Source: Neocallimastix sp. 'constans' (taxonomy: Eukaryota). From it: a DNA stretch of 64,000 nucleotides. Each line of letters starts with the position of its first letter. The stretch's first letter is position 1. Below are positions 13,796 through 28,182 of this stretch, in pieces. Location: NCBI GenBank assembly GCA_050613775.1, contig JBODTK010000101.1, positions 124,001 to 188,000 on the forward strand. The letters are read 5' to 3'. The position numbers and the translations under genes were made by a program. The notes beneath the pieces are model-generated. The model was not told where the DNA came from and did not search any database. It saw only the letters and a program-made list of their open reading frames with translations.

Positions 13796-16700
13796 AATTT
13801 TTGGATAAAATTTTTATTATACTGAACAAGCTTTTTATTTTTATATTCAATATATACTAAATTTATTTTTTTTATTACAGATGGTCCTTTGCTCAATTTG
13901 TTTCAAGTTTTTAATTAACTAATTATTTTGATATAACCATTATTTCTTTGTTGTATGATTATATAATTTTCTAAGTATTAATGTTGCTTAATAATTATTT
14001 ATTTATTTATTATTTTTGTTTATAAAATTTACGTATTTTATTAATTATATTTTTCATTTTTACAATTATTTTAATTAAAAAAAATATGGATAAAAATTCA
14101 GCTTTAATTTTTTTTGTGGTAAGAAGATTAAAAAAAATGGAGAAAAAAAATAATATATAAATAATAAGAGAATTACTTGTTTATTATTTGACTAATAAAT
14201 TTATAAATATATATTATACATATGATAAAAATTTTTTTAATTTATTTATTTTGCGGCTTATCTTAAATATTTTTTATTTCTAATATTGTCTAATAATTAA
14301 AGTATATTTTTTTTTCCTATATTAGTTTTCAAAATATTTTTTATTTCAAATATTGTCTAATAATAAAAAGTACTTTTTTTTTCTTTATTAACTTTAAATT
14401 TTTTTTTAAAAAAAATTAGCTAAATCATATTTATATTTAAATTATTCCAAATCAGTAAATAAAATATTACATAAGATTTTCAATATAAAATTTGTATTTG
14501 TATTCTAAATGTTTTTTCTTTAAAAAAAATATATATATATAATAATTAATATGCCATAACAAATTTGTTTTTTTAAAAAAAAAATTAGTACTTATCAACA
14601 ACTAGTTATATTAAAAAAAATACTAAACAAATTAAATTAATAAAATAAAATAAACAAAAATATTTATAGTAATAATAGTAAACTTTAATAACAATTAATC
14701 ATTTATTTTATCATTAAATTCATTTATTTTTTATTAATTTTTTTATCTAATTTATTTATTGATATTAGAATTAATATATTATATAACCATATTATAACAA
14801 TATGCTTTATTACAAAATTTAATAGTATTATAAAAACTTTAAATACTAATAAATTAATTAAGATTTATATACATAAAAAATAAATATACTTTTGTTGTTA
14901 TTTTTAAAAAAATAATAATAATAAATTATACCAAAAATAGAAAATACATAAAAAATTTTATATATAAAAATATATATATATATATTTTTTAATATAGCAA
15001 ATAATATTTTAACGTTTTTAATTAATCGTCTTTTATCTTATTACAGTATATAAATTATAATTTTAGTTTTTATGGTTCGATAAAAAAAGTAAAAAAAAAA
15101 AAAAAGTGATGCCGTATCATTCAAATTTTAAAAATTATAAATTATAATATCATATTAATGATTATTTTTTCATAAATAAATGGTTAATACTATCATGATA
15201 GCATATATTTATCTTTGTTAAAAATAGTTTAAAAAATTTGACATATTATAGAATATAGTTTGGAAAATCTAAATTTACTATTTATTAAAGGTAAATTAAT
15301 TCTATATTTTTCTTTTATGATTTATATAATATTTAAATAAAAAATTTTTATTTTTATGATTTATATAATATTAAAAATTTTTATTAACAACTTTTTTCTA
15401 AATTAATACTTATAAAATGTTATAAATTTATAATAAATGAATATATAAAATTTTATTCTCTCTTTTTATAATTATTATTATATAAAAAATAAAGTTTTAA
15501 TATCATTTATCATTTTATACTATTTTATTAATGCTTTTTTTTTTTTTTAAAAAAAAAAAAAAACATGACATTTATATATTTATTTAAAATTCCATATAAT
15601 TTATTAATTAAAATTGTTTTTTTTTTTTTTTTTTAAAAAAAAAAAATAACCATAATAACAATTAAATAGTAATTAAATAGTGGGTTTTATTGTATATATG
15701 AAAATACATTTTGTTTTCATATTTTTTTTTCATATTTATATTAACATAATAAATAAAACTATTGTTATTTTATTGAATACAGTAATATTGAATATGAATT
15801 TTTTATATATAAATTATAAGACTAAATGGACAAATTTATATAGAAATATTTTATTTAATATGAATACTTGATATTATAGTAAACATTAATAAGAGCATTC
15901 ATTGTTATTTTATTATCGTATTAAATATAAAAAAAAATTAATAAATAAAACTTAATATCTTTAAAATTATCAATTAATTGAAATTTTTAAAATATATAAT
16001 TATAATAGTAAATTAAAAAAAAAAAAATTTGTAATTTTTTTTTTTAAAAATATTCAAATTCTAAAAACATTAAAACTAATAAATAATTATATATATTAAT
16101 GAATTATTATAAAATGTATAAATTAAAAAACTAGTTAAAAAATTTAATTATATATTTATTTTTCTTTAATTATATCTTATACATTTAATAAATACGAAAT
16201 ATTTAAAAATACTCTATTTAATATTGTTTATTACATAAGATTACATTATTATACTAAAGCTCTTTTATAAAATATAGTTCAGACTTTATCATTTTTATTA
16301 CAAACTTTTTTTTAATTATTATATTGATTTACATTAATATTAAAATTATTCTAATACAATTATGCTATAATGTAATGAAAACATATTTATTGAATTACAT
16401 TAAAAATTGTTTATTTATTCATTGATTTATTTCTAATATATACTAAATGAAAATTTATTCAATAAGAAATAATGAATTATGGATACAATAATATTATTTA
16501 AATTGGCAATATTTTATATTGTATTCTATTCCTTATTTATAAATTAAAATTGTGTCTTTTAATAATTATTGTGAATTATAATAAAGTTAAATTATTTAAT
16601 AATATTTTTGAATTATTTAATATTGGGTGACAGTGAATAGAAGTCTAAGAAAGATAAAATTTAAAAGATACTTCTGTGTATAAAGAATTAAAAAAAAAAG

Positions 16701-17184
16701 ATTATAATATTAAATAAATATATAAATATAAATAGTTTAAAAAAAAAAAATAAAAAATGAATTTTCAATTATTTTATTCAATATTATATTGTAAATCTCA
16801 TATAATAATAATAGTAATAACAAAAAAAAAAAAAAAAAAAAAAAAAATTTTTATAATACTTTATAATATAAATAGTAAACTTGTAATTTATTGTTTCAGT
16901 AAAAATCTTTATTTGTTATATAGCAATAAAAAAAATGTTAAAATCTTTATTTGTAATAAAAAAAATGTTAAAGGTTTTATTATTTATTTTATATATATAT
17001 ATTAATTTTATAGAATTAATTTTATATATAAATTAATTTTTAATAACTTTTTTTATATAATACAATACAATTTATATATATTAATACAAAATAATTGATA
17101 TTTTAAAAAAAAAAACTCCTGAATTATTATAATGGCAATTTATTATATATATTTTATTTAATAATAGTAATGATAATTAACAAT

Positions 17185-17234
<50 letters not shown>

Positions 17235-17466
17235 ATTAATACAAATTTAATTTATAATAAAAATTATTATAAAAATAATTACCTTAAATGTACTTCATGA
17301 ATATTTAGTTTTTCCCATATTTATAAATAAGAGAAATAAATTAAATATAAACGAAATTATGGCAAAAAAAATAATATTTATTTATCAATTGTGGCTATTT
17401 TTACTTACAATATTAAAATAAACAAATAAAATAAATATTTTCCTTTTTCAATAATATTGTCTGTAT

Positions 17467-17513
<47 letters not shown>

Positions 17514-19011
17514 ATGAAAACTATTATTTCAAAATTTCAAAATGTAAACTTCATAATTTCTATTATTCTCCTAAATATTGATCTTTTTTTTCTATTATCT
17601 CCCATGTCTATTGAAGAATTTTTTTTTAAAATAAACCCAGCCATTACTATATATATATATATAGACATATATTTCAAATAGTTAAAGCTTTAAATTTCAA
17701 AAATTAAAAACAATAAATAAATATATAAATAAATATAAATATAAATATAAATATAATAAAATAAAATAAAATAAAGAACGTTTGATGATGTTTTCTATTG
17801 TTAAAAAGTTTATCAAATATTTTAAAATATGAAATAATTGATTCAATTAGGAATAAAGTTTATATATATAATAGATTAAATATAATTTTTACTGGGGAAA
17901 TATGATAATTAATTATTAAATAAAATCTATTATTCTAATACTTTTATTCAAAGGGTACCTATTGAAAAAAAAATTTTTGTATGTATTCTTTTTTTTATTA
18001 TGATAATACTATTAATATTTAAAAAAAAAAAAAATTTTTTTTTTCTTCATATTAAATGATCATTAATATATAACAATGTTATAATTAATTATTAACAATT
18101 ATTAATATAGAAGATAATAACAATTTAAATTTAATATTTATTTTAATAATATATATTAAGATTATTATATATTAAAATTCTATTATTAATTGATCATAAT
18201 ATATATAATGAATATTAATATATATATTTTACTAAATTATAAGATTATTAATACATTATATATATTTAATATTTTTTTTTCTAGATTTTTATTTTATTAT
18301 TATTAATTAATTATATAATATTGTTATTCTAATAAATTATAAATATCATATTTATTTATTTATTTATTTATTTATTTATTTTCTGGATTTTTATTTTGTT
18401 ATTATTATTTAATTCATTATATAATATTGTTGTTAATTTTAATAAATTATAAATATCATGTTTAAAAAAAATAAAAATGTTTTCTTCAAATATATATTAA
18501 TGATATTAATATTTTCTTTTTAATTCTTTTATGATTATCATCTCTTTTACTCTATATTAAATCATATATTATAAATGAAAAATTTCCCATTAACAGTTGG
18601 TAATAAAAGTTTAATCGTTTTACAATAAATAATAAATTAATAAAAAATTGAAGAGAAAAAAAATATAAAGAATAATAAAAGTTTTCCAAATCTTTATTAA
18701 TTAACAACAATATTAAATAATATCACTTTTATAAACTTTTATTATTCTTTATAATTTTATATATATTTGTATATATATAAATTAATAATTCTATTATAAT
18801 AATTATTTATCAATGATTTATAATATTTCATTTTTTAATAATTAATATTAATGGATTATTTTATATAATAATTATCATTTTTAAAATAGTGATTGTAATA
18901 TTAATAATAATAATTATTATTAATTGTTAATCAATGTCCTTTTTTTTTTTGTAGTCAGAAGAAATTATTATAACATAAAGATATAAAGAATTACTCTATA
19001 TTGATATTAAA

Positions 19012-19064
<53 letters not shown>

Positions 19065-19543
19065 AATAATATAATTTATTAACAGTAATATAATAATAAA
19101 AAATTAATAACTTTAAATTAAAAATTATAATGATTAAAAATCCAATAAAAAAAATTTTTTTTTTTCATTATAAATTGTAACTAAAAATATTTTAACCAAT
19201 GATATTTAATTGGATAATCCTTTAATATATAATGATATATGAAAGTTTATATCCAAATCTAAATATATTGTTAAACTAAACACTATCTTAATTTTCTTCA
19301 TTTTCTTTATTTTCTAAATATGCTTTTTTATTATTATTTATGGATGTCTAAATTATTCATGATAATAATATTATTACTAATCATGTAAATGGTAATTATT
19401 TCTTCTTTGTTATTTTTAGATATTAAGATTATTAATGATGATAATATTACTAATCATACAAAAAAAAATTTTTTTTCTATTTTTAGATATTAATTTTATT
19501 CATAAAAATTATTGCTAATCATACAAACAATGAAAATTAATAG

Positions 19544-19616
19544 CTAATAGAATTCCAGTCTTAATATTATGAATTAATATCAATAATTCGTAATATTAAA
19601 ACTGGAATTCTATTAG
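19544..19616. repeat. Near-perfect palindrome (33-bp arms, 7-nt spacer)
   Basis: CTAATAGAATTCCAGTCTTAATATTATGAATTA versus the reverse complement of the right arm CTAATAGAATTCCAGTTTTAATATTACGAATTA; 2 mismatches. Confidence 0.85.
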
Positions 19617-19788
19617 TAATTGATATTAATATTGGACGAACGCTATTTTTCAGTTGTAGATTAATAATTTTTTTTTTTTTTAAAAAAAAAAAAAAAATAT
19701 GAATAATATTAATTATCAAAATATATATAATAATTATTATTAATTATAATATATAAATATAATAATTATTAATATTCTATATTTTATC

Positions 19789-19873
<85 letters not shown>

Positions 19874-19939
19874 TTATTCTCATAGATATTAATAAAGATT
19901 AAACTATACGAAAAAAATTTTTTTTTTTTTAAACTTTAC

Positions 19940-20046
19940 TAATGAATATATTAAAATTTACATTAATAAAAAAGTTAATAATATGAACTTTTTTCATTAA
20001 TCATTTAGAAAAAAGTTCATATTATTAAGTTTTAATATATTCATTA
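19940..20046. repeat. Nested inverted repeat (fold-back/MITE-like)
   Basis: Outer arms TAATGAATATATTAAAA/TTTTAATATATTCATTA; inner arms TTAATAATATGAACTTTTTTC/GAAAAAAGTTCATATTATTAA. Confidence 0.7.
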
Positions 20047-20705
20047 ACATTTTTAATTAATATTATTTATTATATTACAAAATAAAAAAAAAAAAAGGAA
20101 AAACTAATATTAATTTTGAATATTCAAATAAACAGATTTTGATTATGATTTTATTCCGGTTTTTATTAGTAATAATTTATTATTAATAATATTATTTACT
20201 ATTTATTATATATTTTTAAATTATAATATCACATGATATTATCATAGTTTTACATTAATTTATTAATTTATTTATTTAAATAATTTTTAAATCTTTCTAT
20301 ACCATAAAAAATTTTTTTGGTTTTGGTTTTGGTTTTGGTTATGATGATTTAAATATAATTTATAAAATAGATTAAAAATATAAATATTTGTAAACCATCA
20401 TTTCATTCTTAATTATTATTCAAATATATATATATATTTTTTAAAATCATTTTATTATTATTATTATTAACATTATTAATATTATTAATATTAATAATAT
20501 TATTATATTGTATTTAATGAAAAGTTATAATAATAATAATAAAAATAATAATACTAAAATAATAATAATAATAATAAATTCAATTTTTTTTTTTTTAAAT
20601 ATTATTATATATATGAAGATCATTTTATTAAACAAACAAACAAACAACCAAATCAAATAAAAAAAAAAAATTCTATTTAATATTTTTTTAACATTTTTTT
20701 TATTT

Positions 20706-20736
<31 letters not shown>

Positions 20737-20933
20737 TTTGCTTCTTTTAATATTTTTCTTTTTTCTTTATAATAATAATATTATTATTATCTATTTTTCT
20801 ATTTTTCTATTTTATAATTCGTTATGACTACTAATTTTATTATTATCATTATTATTTATCATTAATATATTAAGTTAAATGTTACATATATATTAATTTT
20901 TTTTAAAAAAAAAAAATAATAATAATAATAATC

Positions 20934-20964
<31 letters not shown>

Positions 20965-20986
20965 GTTAGTTAGTTAGTTAAATGAT

Positions 20987-22653
20987 CTAATTTATCTTAA
21001 TACGTTTTCTTTGTTTTCTATTTTCATATTCATTTTCTTTAAAGATTAATAATGCAATTAATAGAATTAAATGGGAAATTAATAAAAGCCCTGAACTTTT
21101 TGGAGTTGATGGATAGATATTCCAACAAATTTCAATACAGAATAATAAAACAACCCTTTTATTTCATTTAATATATAATTTATATATATATATATATATG
21201 ATATAAATAATAAAAATACATATTTATATAAAATAAATAAATAAATAATTAATTAATTAATTATATAAATATATAAATATAAATATATTTAAATAAATAA
21301 ATAAAGATAAGAATAAGAATAAAAATAAAAATAAGAATAAAAATAAAAAAAATCTTTAAAAAAAAAAATATTTTATATTTTATATTTTATATTTTATTTT
21401 TTTAAATATTTACTTTAATGGTAAAAGAATATTTGTTCTCCAAAGTAAATAAGGAATTGTCATATAATACCATGAATAAAATTGATAATGTAATGATCTG
21501 GAAAATACAATACCAATAAAATTGGAAATGAAGAAGGCAGAAATGATATCTTTGATTATAAATATAATATATGTATGTATGTATGTATAATATATATATT
21601 ATTAATTAATTAATTAATAATTAATGTTGAATTGATATTATTAAAATTATTATTATATTATTAATTCAAAAATTAGTTTAATATAATATATATATATATT
21701 ATAAAAACCGTAAAACTCACAATCACTACTTAAAACAGATCGTTTATTTTTAAATCCATTAACAATGACATCTTTAAGGTTATGCTTTGGACTATTATAT
21801 TATATTATATTATTAATTAATAATATATATATTATTTTATTTTAGTAAATATTAATGATAATCATTGAAAAGATAATTATAATATATACCAAGAAGAAAG
21901 AAAGAAAAAAATTTTTTTTTTTTTTTTTTTTACCTCCATTTGTATATAGCAAATAATAAAAGAAAAACAATATGTAATATTAAAAGGGTATTATGGAAAG
22001 TTGGATTTAAAAATACTTTTTCATCAATTATCTTCCAATTAACCGTCCATTTATAGAAAAAGACTCTTGAAAATTCAAATGCTTTACTAATATATGATTT
22101 TGGAGCATGATATAAAAATGGTATACCTAATATAATCTTTTATATATTATATATTATTATTATTATTATTATTATTATTTTGATATTTAATAACTAAAAT
22201 AATAATATATATATATTATATATAGAAATATAAATAATTTATAAATAATTTATAATTTTGAGAATTTTTTTATTTTACCTGAATAAGTACAAAAATAATA
22301 GCATTAATTATAGAATCATAAATCCCAATAGACCTAAGCATTACAATTGCTAATCCTGGTCCATATAATAATGTATTCATTTTAATTGAAACTGAAATAC
22401 TATTTTTTAGTTTTATTTTTATTTTTATTTTTTTAATATTTAATTTGATATAATGTAATTTTGATTATCATTAAAATATATATTATTAGAATTATCATTA
22501 AAATAGGAGTTATTGGATTTATATATGTATGTTATTTTTTATTGTATTATAATAAAATTAATATAAAATATATATAAATATAGATATGAAGTTTGATATA
22601 TTATAATAATAATAATAATAATAATAATAAGTTATTATATATTGTTATATTGG

Positions 22654-22687
<34 letters not shown>

Positions 22688-23363
22688 AGAAAGGAAAAGA
22701 AAATTGATATATAAAAGAGAAATTATAATAATATACCTAAAAAGAATTGCTGTTGAAATCCAATAATGATTTAGTGATGCTAAAAGAGCACAAAATATAA
22801 AAAATATGGCAACAGGATCGTTAAAACATCTTAAAACATAAATGGAATGTAATCTTTTCGATAATAATAAAAGATAGATTCCATATGTTGGAAACTAATA
22901 ATATAAAATAAAATAATATTGCAATAATAATAACAATAATAATAAAAATATATATATAAATATATAAATAAATATAAATAATGTGTTTTTTTTTTAATTG
23001 GTATTGTCATTTTAATTATAGTAAGCTACTATTTTTAATATTTTGAATTTGAGAATTTTATATATATATATAGTAGTTTTATTTCATTTAAAAAAACGAA
23101 AAAAAATATAAATTAATATTCATAAAAATTTTATAGTAAACATACAGTTTTGGACTTTTTGTAAATATTTAATATAACGACTAAAGTAGCTATATATAAA
23201 CCCATAAATATATATTGTGCTAAACGGATGTTTTCTCCATTATTTGTAATTTTATATAAAAGTGAAAATATATATACAAAACCAGCTGGATAACTTTTTT
23301 TTTAATTGTGTGTAATTATCAAAAATATATATATTTTAATTGCACATAAGTGTTTATATATTA

Positions 23364-23394
<31 letters not shown>

Positions 23395-23452
23395 TATAAA
23401 TAAATAAATAAAAGAATAAAAAATAAAATTGTTAATTGCTAATTATTTATAA

Positions 23453-23488
<36 letters not shown>

Positions 23489-24091
23489 TATTTAAATAAA
23501 AACAATAATTATAATATTTATAACATAAATTACTTACACTAAAGGTCCTGTATCTCCTTTTAAATTTAAATAGTCATATTCACCTTTTAAAAATCCTGAT
23601 ACTTCTTGCATATAAGCAATCCAATCAATTTCTGTATCTATCATTTATAATTTCATCAACCAATTTTTTTTTTTTTTGTTGTTGTTGTTATTGTTGTTAT
23701 TGATGTAAATTTCAAAATTTCAAATTTTTATTAATATTTATATTATTCATTAAATTTTAATTTTAGTTTTTTAAAAAAAGTTATCATTATACAATATAAA
23801 TAAATATAATAAATTCATATTCATTTTATAATAATATATGGATAACATTAATAAAAAAACATACATAAAAAAATAAAATTTTTCATAATTAAATTATTAT
23901 ACAAATTATTTAATAATAAAAGATTTTATTTTGTTAAATAAATTTTTTCTTACATTTTATTTTCTTTATAATGACAAAATTTAGGAAAAGTTCTGCTAAT
24001 ATCAAAAGAGTGGCATGATACCAATAATACTTTTTACTAACTAGAAGGGTATGCAGCTTTGTTTTCAACTCATTATTTTCTAACAATTGCA

Positions 24092-24092
<1 letters not shown>
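20987..24092 (-). CDS. ALG3: Dol-P-Man:Man5GlcNAc2-PP-Dol alpha-1,3-mannosyltransferase (GT58), 9 exons
   Basis: Hand-spliced GT-AG exons give [10 protein letters not shown]... (ATG 24092), [114 protein letters not shown] and a basic tail ending at TAG 20987-20989. Not in the ORF track because the exons are short. Confidence 0.95.
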
Positions 24093-24122
<30 letters not shown>

Positions 24123-24264
24123 TTCTTATTTCTATTTTTTTTTTTTTTTTATTATTATTTATTTATTTTCCTTTTTTTTTTTTTTTTTTTACTTTTTTTC
24201 CTTATGTTATTTTTTCTTCTAATGCATTTATAAATGTATTAATTTTTATTTTTTATTTTGACTT

Positions 24265-24299
<35 letters not shown>

Positions 24300-24481
24300 T
24301 TTACTTAACATATTTATCATTCACATTTTTTATTTAATCTTTTTTCATTTTTTTTTATTATTATTATTTTTATTTAATTAATTTTTTAATTAATCCACAT
24401 TTAAAAATTTAGATGCATAAATTTTATGAGATCTTTGATATTGCACGTGTATAATATATACTTATAACACAATATTAACTT

Positions 24482-24633
24482 CATTTATTTTAGTAAAAAA
24501 TCTAAATACAAAAATAAATAATGTTTTTGAATATTAAAAAGAAAAAGAAATAAAAAACATTTATTTTAGTAAAAAATCTAAATACAAAAATAAATAATGT
24601 TTTTGAATATTAAAAAGAAAAAGAAATAAAAAA
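24482..24633. repeat. 76-bp tandem duplication upstream of ALG3
   Basis: CATTTATTTTAGTAAAAAATCTAAATACAAAAATAAATAATG... begins at 24482 and 24558. Confidence 0.85.
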
Positions 24634-24759
24634 AAGATATGCTAAAGAAAACTATATTAATTAGTGAAGACTTTTTTTTATTAATATATATATATATATA
24701 CATATAAATAATTTTTTTTGATTTAATATATATGAATATTAATAATATATTCAATTAAA

Positions 24760-24792
<33 letters not shown>

Positions 24793-25079
24793 AAAAAAAT
24801 TATAAAATAATCTATTCTTTGAAATAATAAATAGAATTAAAATTTTATATTTTATCATTTATTTTATAATAAATGAATATATTTTATAAAAAATGGATAA
24901 TAAAAAAAAAAAAAAAAAATATAAAAAAAATATAAAAAATATATATATATATATAATAAGAATAAACTATCAATATATATATATATATTTTTTATAATTA
25001 TTATTTATTGATTAGCTTATCAACATAATTTTTTTTAATCATTATTTATTGATTAACTTTATTTTCTAAGTAATTACTT

Positions 25080-25358
25080 AATTCAATAATTACTATATCA
25101 ATAACTTCGAAATAAATGGACCAATTTTTTGGTGGAGGAATCACAAGTCTTGGATGGAATTTAAGTATTCCTTTGATTTTTTGTTTAATTAGATAAAATT
25201 GATATATCATAATGAAAAGATTTATCATTAGATAATTTGGTGGTGTCACCACTTTTGCCAAAAAAAAAAAAAAAACTTATCACCAGTTTTAAAATATATG
25301 TATATGCTATATATTGTAATTTTATCAATATTATTAGTAATAGATCTATTCCATACCG

Positions 25359-25391
<33 letters not shown>

Positions 25392-25520
25392 CTCTATTTC
25401 TTTCTTCATTTTCTTTTTTTTGGGGATCATGAGTAAAAAGTTTAGATTTTAATAGTAATATATTACTTAAAATCCATAATTGATATGGAAGTAAAGTTTT
25501 TATTTTAAAGTATTTTTCAC
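25080..25520 (+). pseudogene. Heavily decayed LINE reverse-transcriptase fragment
   Basis: Scattered peptides INGPIFW, NHKS..DGI, FLFN*I, PLLPKK, IISNR, LDF occur in the same order as INGPI, KAPGPDGI, LIFNKI, SIPKKG, IVTDR, FLDL of the RT at 28.7-30.4 kb. Confidence 0.4.
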
Positions 25521-25534
25521 TTTAAAGTGGAATC

Positions 25535-25581
<47 letters not shown>

Positions 25582-25665
25582 ATGAGAATATTATTGATTC
25601 ATTTATTAATTATATGAATATATATATATATATATATTTTTTAAAAAAAAAAAAAAAAAAAAAAC

Positions 25666-27892
25666 ATTATTTGTCAAATTAGAACATAATAATGTAAAAT
25701 AATAAAAAAATAATATTCAAAATAAAGTGTATAAATAAATTCAGAGAAAAGTTCATATGCAACGAACCTCACCTCCAAATTACTTATTCAGGATTAGGGT
25801 TTGAATGGACTATCTGAATGAAATTATGGTCTTCTCCTTTAAGAGGCATCAGCCCTGCTAGCCTGTCTTACTACATTTTCAGAGTTGACTCTCCTGGTTA
25901 GTTTACATTTATATTTTCAGAATAGTAACTCTTGTCGAGTACTAAGCCCTATAGGCATAATTTCTGTAAAGAGAGCCACAAATCGCACCTTCTTAATCAT
26001 CTTTACCAAGTAATCAAAGCTTTGAAGAATTCCATTGGAATACCATTAGGACCACAAGCTTTAAAGTTAGGGGTAGATGAGATTGCTTTCCTAATTTCTT
26101 CACCGCTCATACCTTGATTAATTTTTCCATTCTTGTTGCCTTGGACTTCCCAAATTCTTAAGGGCATTCAAAGATCTTTCCAGAAATCTTTAGAAAGACT
26201 ATGACCTGTAGAATCCGACCCTAGGAATTTATAATGCCATCCAATTTTAATCCAATATAAATAGTCTTTTTTCTTAAATTCGTTACATTTTTTATGAATT
26301 GATTCACATAGTCTATTAAATGTGCCAACAATTTTAACAAATTCATTAGAATTACTTGAAGATTTATAACTCTTAATTTGTTTATATTTTATATGTTTTA
26401 CCTTTTGAAGATAATAATAAATTTTGCGGGACATTCTAAACATTGCTTTTCTGACTTCTGTTGACGATGTAATCGATAAATTTCTAGCACCGGAATTAGT
26501 AATGTTAATGAACTTTTCAACTATACTATCTGCTGAAAGTACTTTATTTCCTAATTCTTCACTAAGAATTTCAAATTTATTATGATCCCAAATTTCTTTC
26601 TTAAGTTCAAGACATTTATACCTATCCCACCTAACAAATTTTTTTTTTTTATTTGATAACAAAAATGATTCATCCGTGGTAGTTTTCTTGCAATAAACTT
26701 CAAGAGGTTTATGGTCAGATACAGAAAGAAAATCAACAAAATCAGCACTTGATATTTTATCCAGCATACTTGAATTAACTAATGCATGATCAATATCTAC
26801 TGAATGTTTACTTCTAGTCCATAAAATAGATGAGCCATTTAATCGGATGAATAAATCAGTTATCAAGGTGACTATTGGTTAATTTAGCTTGTAAATCAGC
26901 TGTGCTCATGTTAAAAATCTCCGAGAAGAATAGATGAACGATTAGTGTGATTCTGAAGCCTTGTGAAAACTTCTGAAAATGCATATCGGAACTTGTAAAT
27001 GAGTGTTTCTTAGTGGGAATATAGACATTACCTACAAAACACTTAGAGTGATTTCATAGACTATATGTTGTTAAAGAAATAAGATAAGTATAGGAATTAT
27101 TATCTTCAAGAACTGCTTGATATGAGACATGATACCCCAAGATTTAAACCTCTGCAACCTGGCGTATTTGGATCCATTCCTTTTTTTTTTTTTTTTTTTT
27201 TTTTTTTGGAAATATTTGTAGATGGGAAGTGTTACTTTACATGGACTTTTAACATCACTGGTTCCATTATCCATTTCCTTAAAAACGTAGGAATAATGGT
27301 TTTAAAAATTGTTTTGTAAATACTCAATACTATCTCTTTTTTACAAAATTTCATCCATTAGTATTCCAACTAAGATAAAAAAAAAAAAAATAAAACTTTT
27401 CCTGTGTTAGATTGTGAAAATGGATATTGAGAATTAAGATTAGGAATATTGGGAGCATTGAGTTCATGATTGTCATTTATAACATTTTACTAAATTAGTT
27501 GAACTGAGGTTTACTGAGTTTGTATTATTGGATGTATGTTATTAGATATTAAATTTTGTTTTAAATATTGAAAAGAAACCTTATAATGGCATTTGGGGCA
27601 TCTACGATATGAAATTTTAACTCCTGATATTGCTTTTTTCAAATACTTTTTTAAATTTTTTATGGTTGAAATTTGGAGTGTATACTTTTATCCTGAAGAA
27701 ACTGTCATTGAATTTAGTAATTCTTTTTGACTGATAGAATATTATCCTTGAATTTTTTGCATCTTGAATGAATAAAAATTCCTTCATTTTAGCATTGATC
27801 CATGAGTGTGTATACCACAGATAAAAATCAACCTTGTTGTCAATAGATATTCCATAATAGTGAGAACCCCGGTGAAGTATTTGTATTAGGAG
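25666..27892 (-). mobile_element. Degenerate, internally deleted LINE (APE endonuclease plus start of RT)
   Basis: Frameshifted APE motifs SWNTNG (~27360), VGNVYIP (~27030), LLGDF-N (~26920), IDHALV and SDHKP (ORF 26168-26866); RT N-terminal motif IRKAISSTPNFKACGPNGIPMEFFKAL (~26015-26100), then directly a 3'-UTR-like segment, so the RT core is missing. Confidence 0.85.
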
Positions 27893-28006
27893 GACTCTTT
27901 TTTTTTTTTTTTTTTTTTATAGCCACAATTATTGTGAACTTTAATCTTTATTTATTTATTCATTTATTAATTACATGAATATTTTTTATATTATATATAT
28001 ATATAT

Positions 28007-28047
<41 letters not shown>

Positions 28048-28182
28048 TTTAGAGAATAACTTTATTTAATTTATAATTTTTTTTTTTTTTTTAGACTTAA
28101 AAAATAACTTCATTTAATTAATAATTTTTTTAATTACAAAAAAAAAAAAAAAAAACACGAAATTAATAATAAAAAAAAAAAT

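Noticed and set aside
9975..17005. Short F/I/K/N/Y-rich ORFs in intergenic DNA (also 24059, 34252, 35696, 56418, 56779, 59197, 63384)
   Set aside because: Low-complexity translations of poly(A/T) DNA with no coding signal.
24444..24449. CACGTG E-box (Pho4/Cbf1-like) upstream of ALG3; another near 38050
   Set aside because: Single hexamers with no supporting context.
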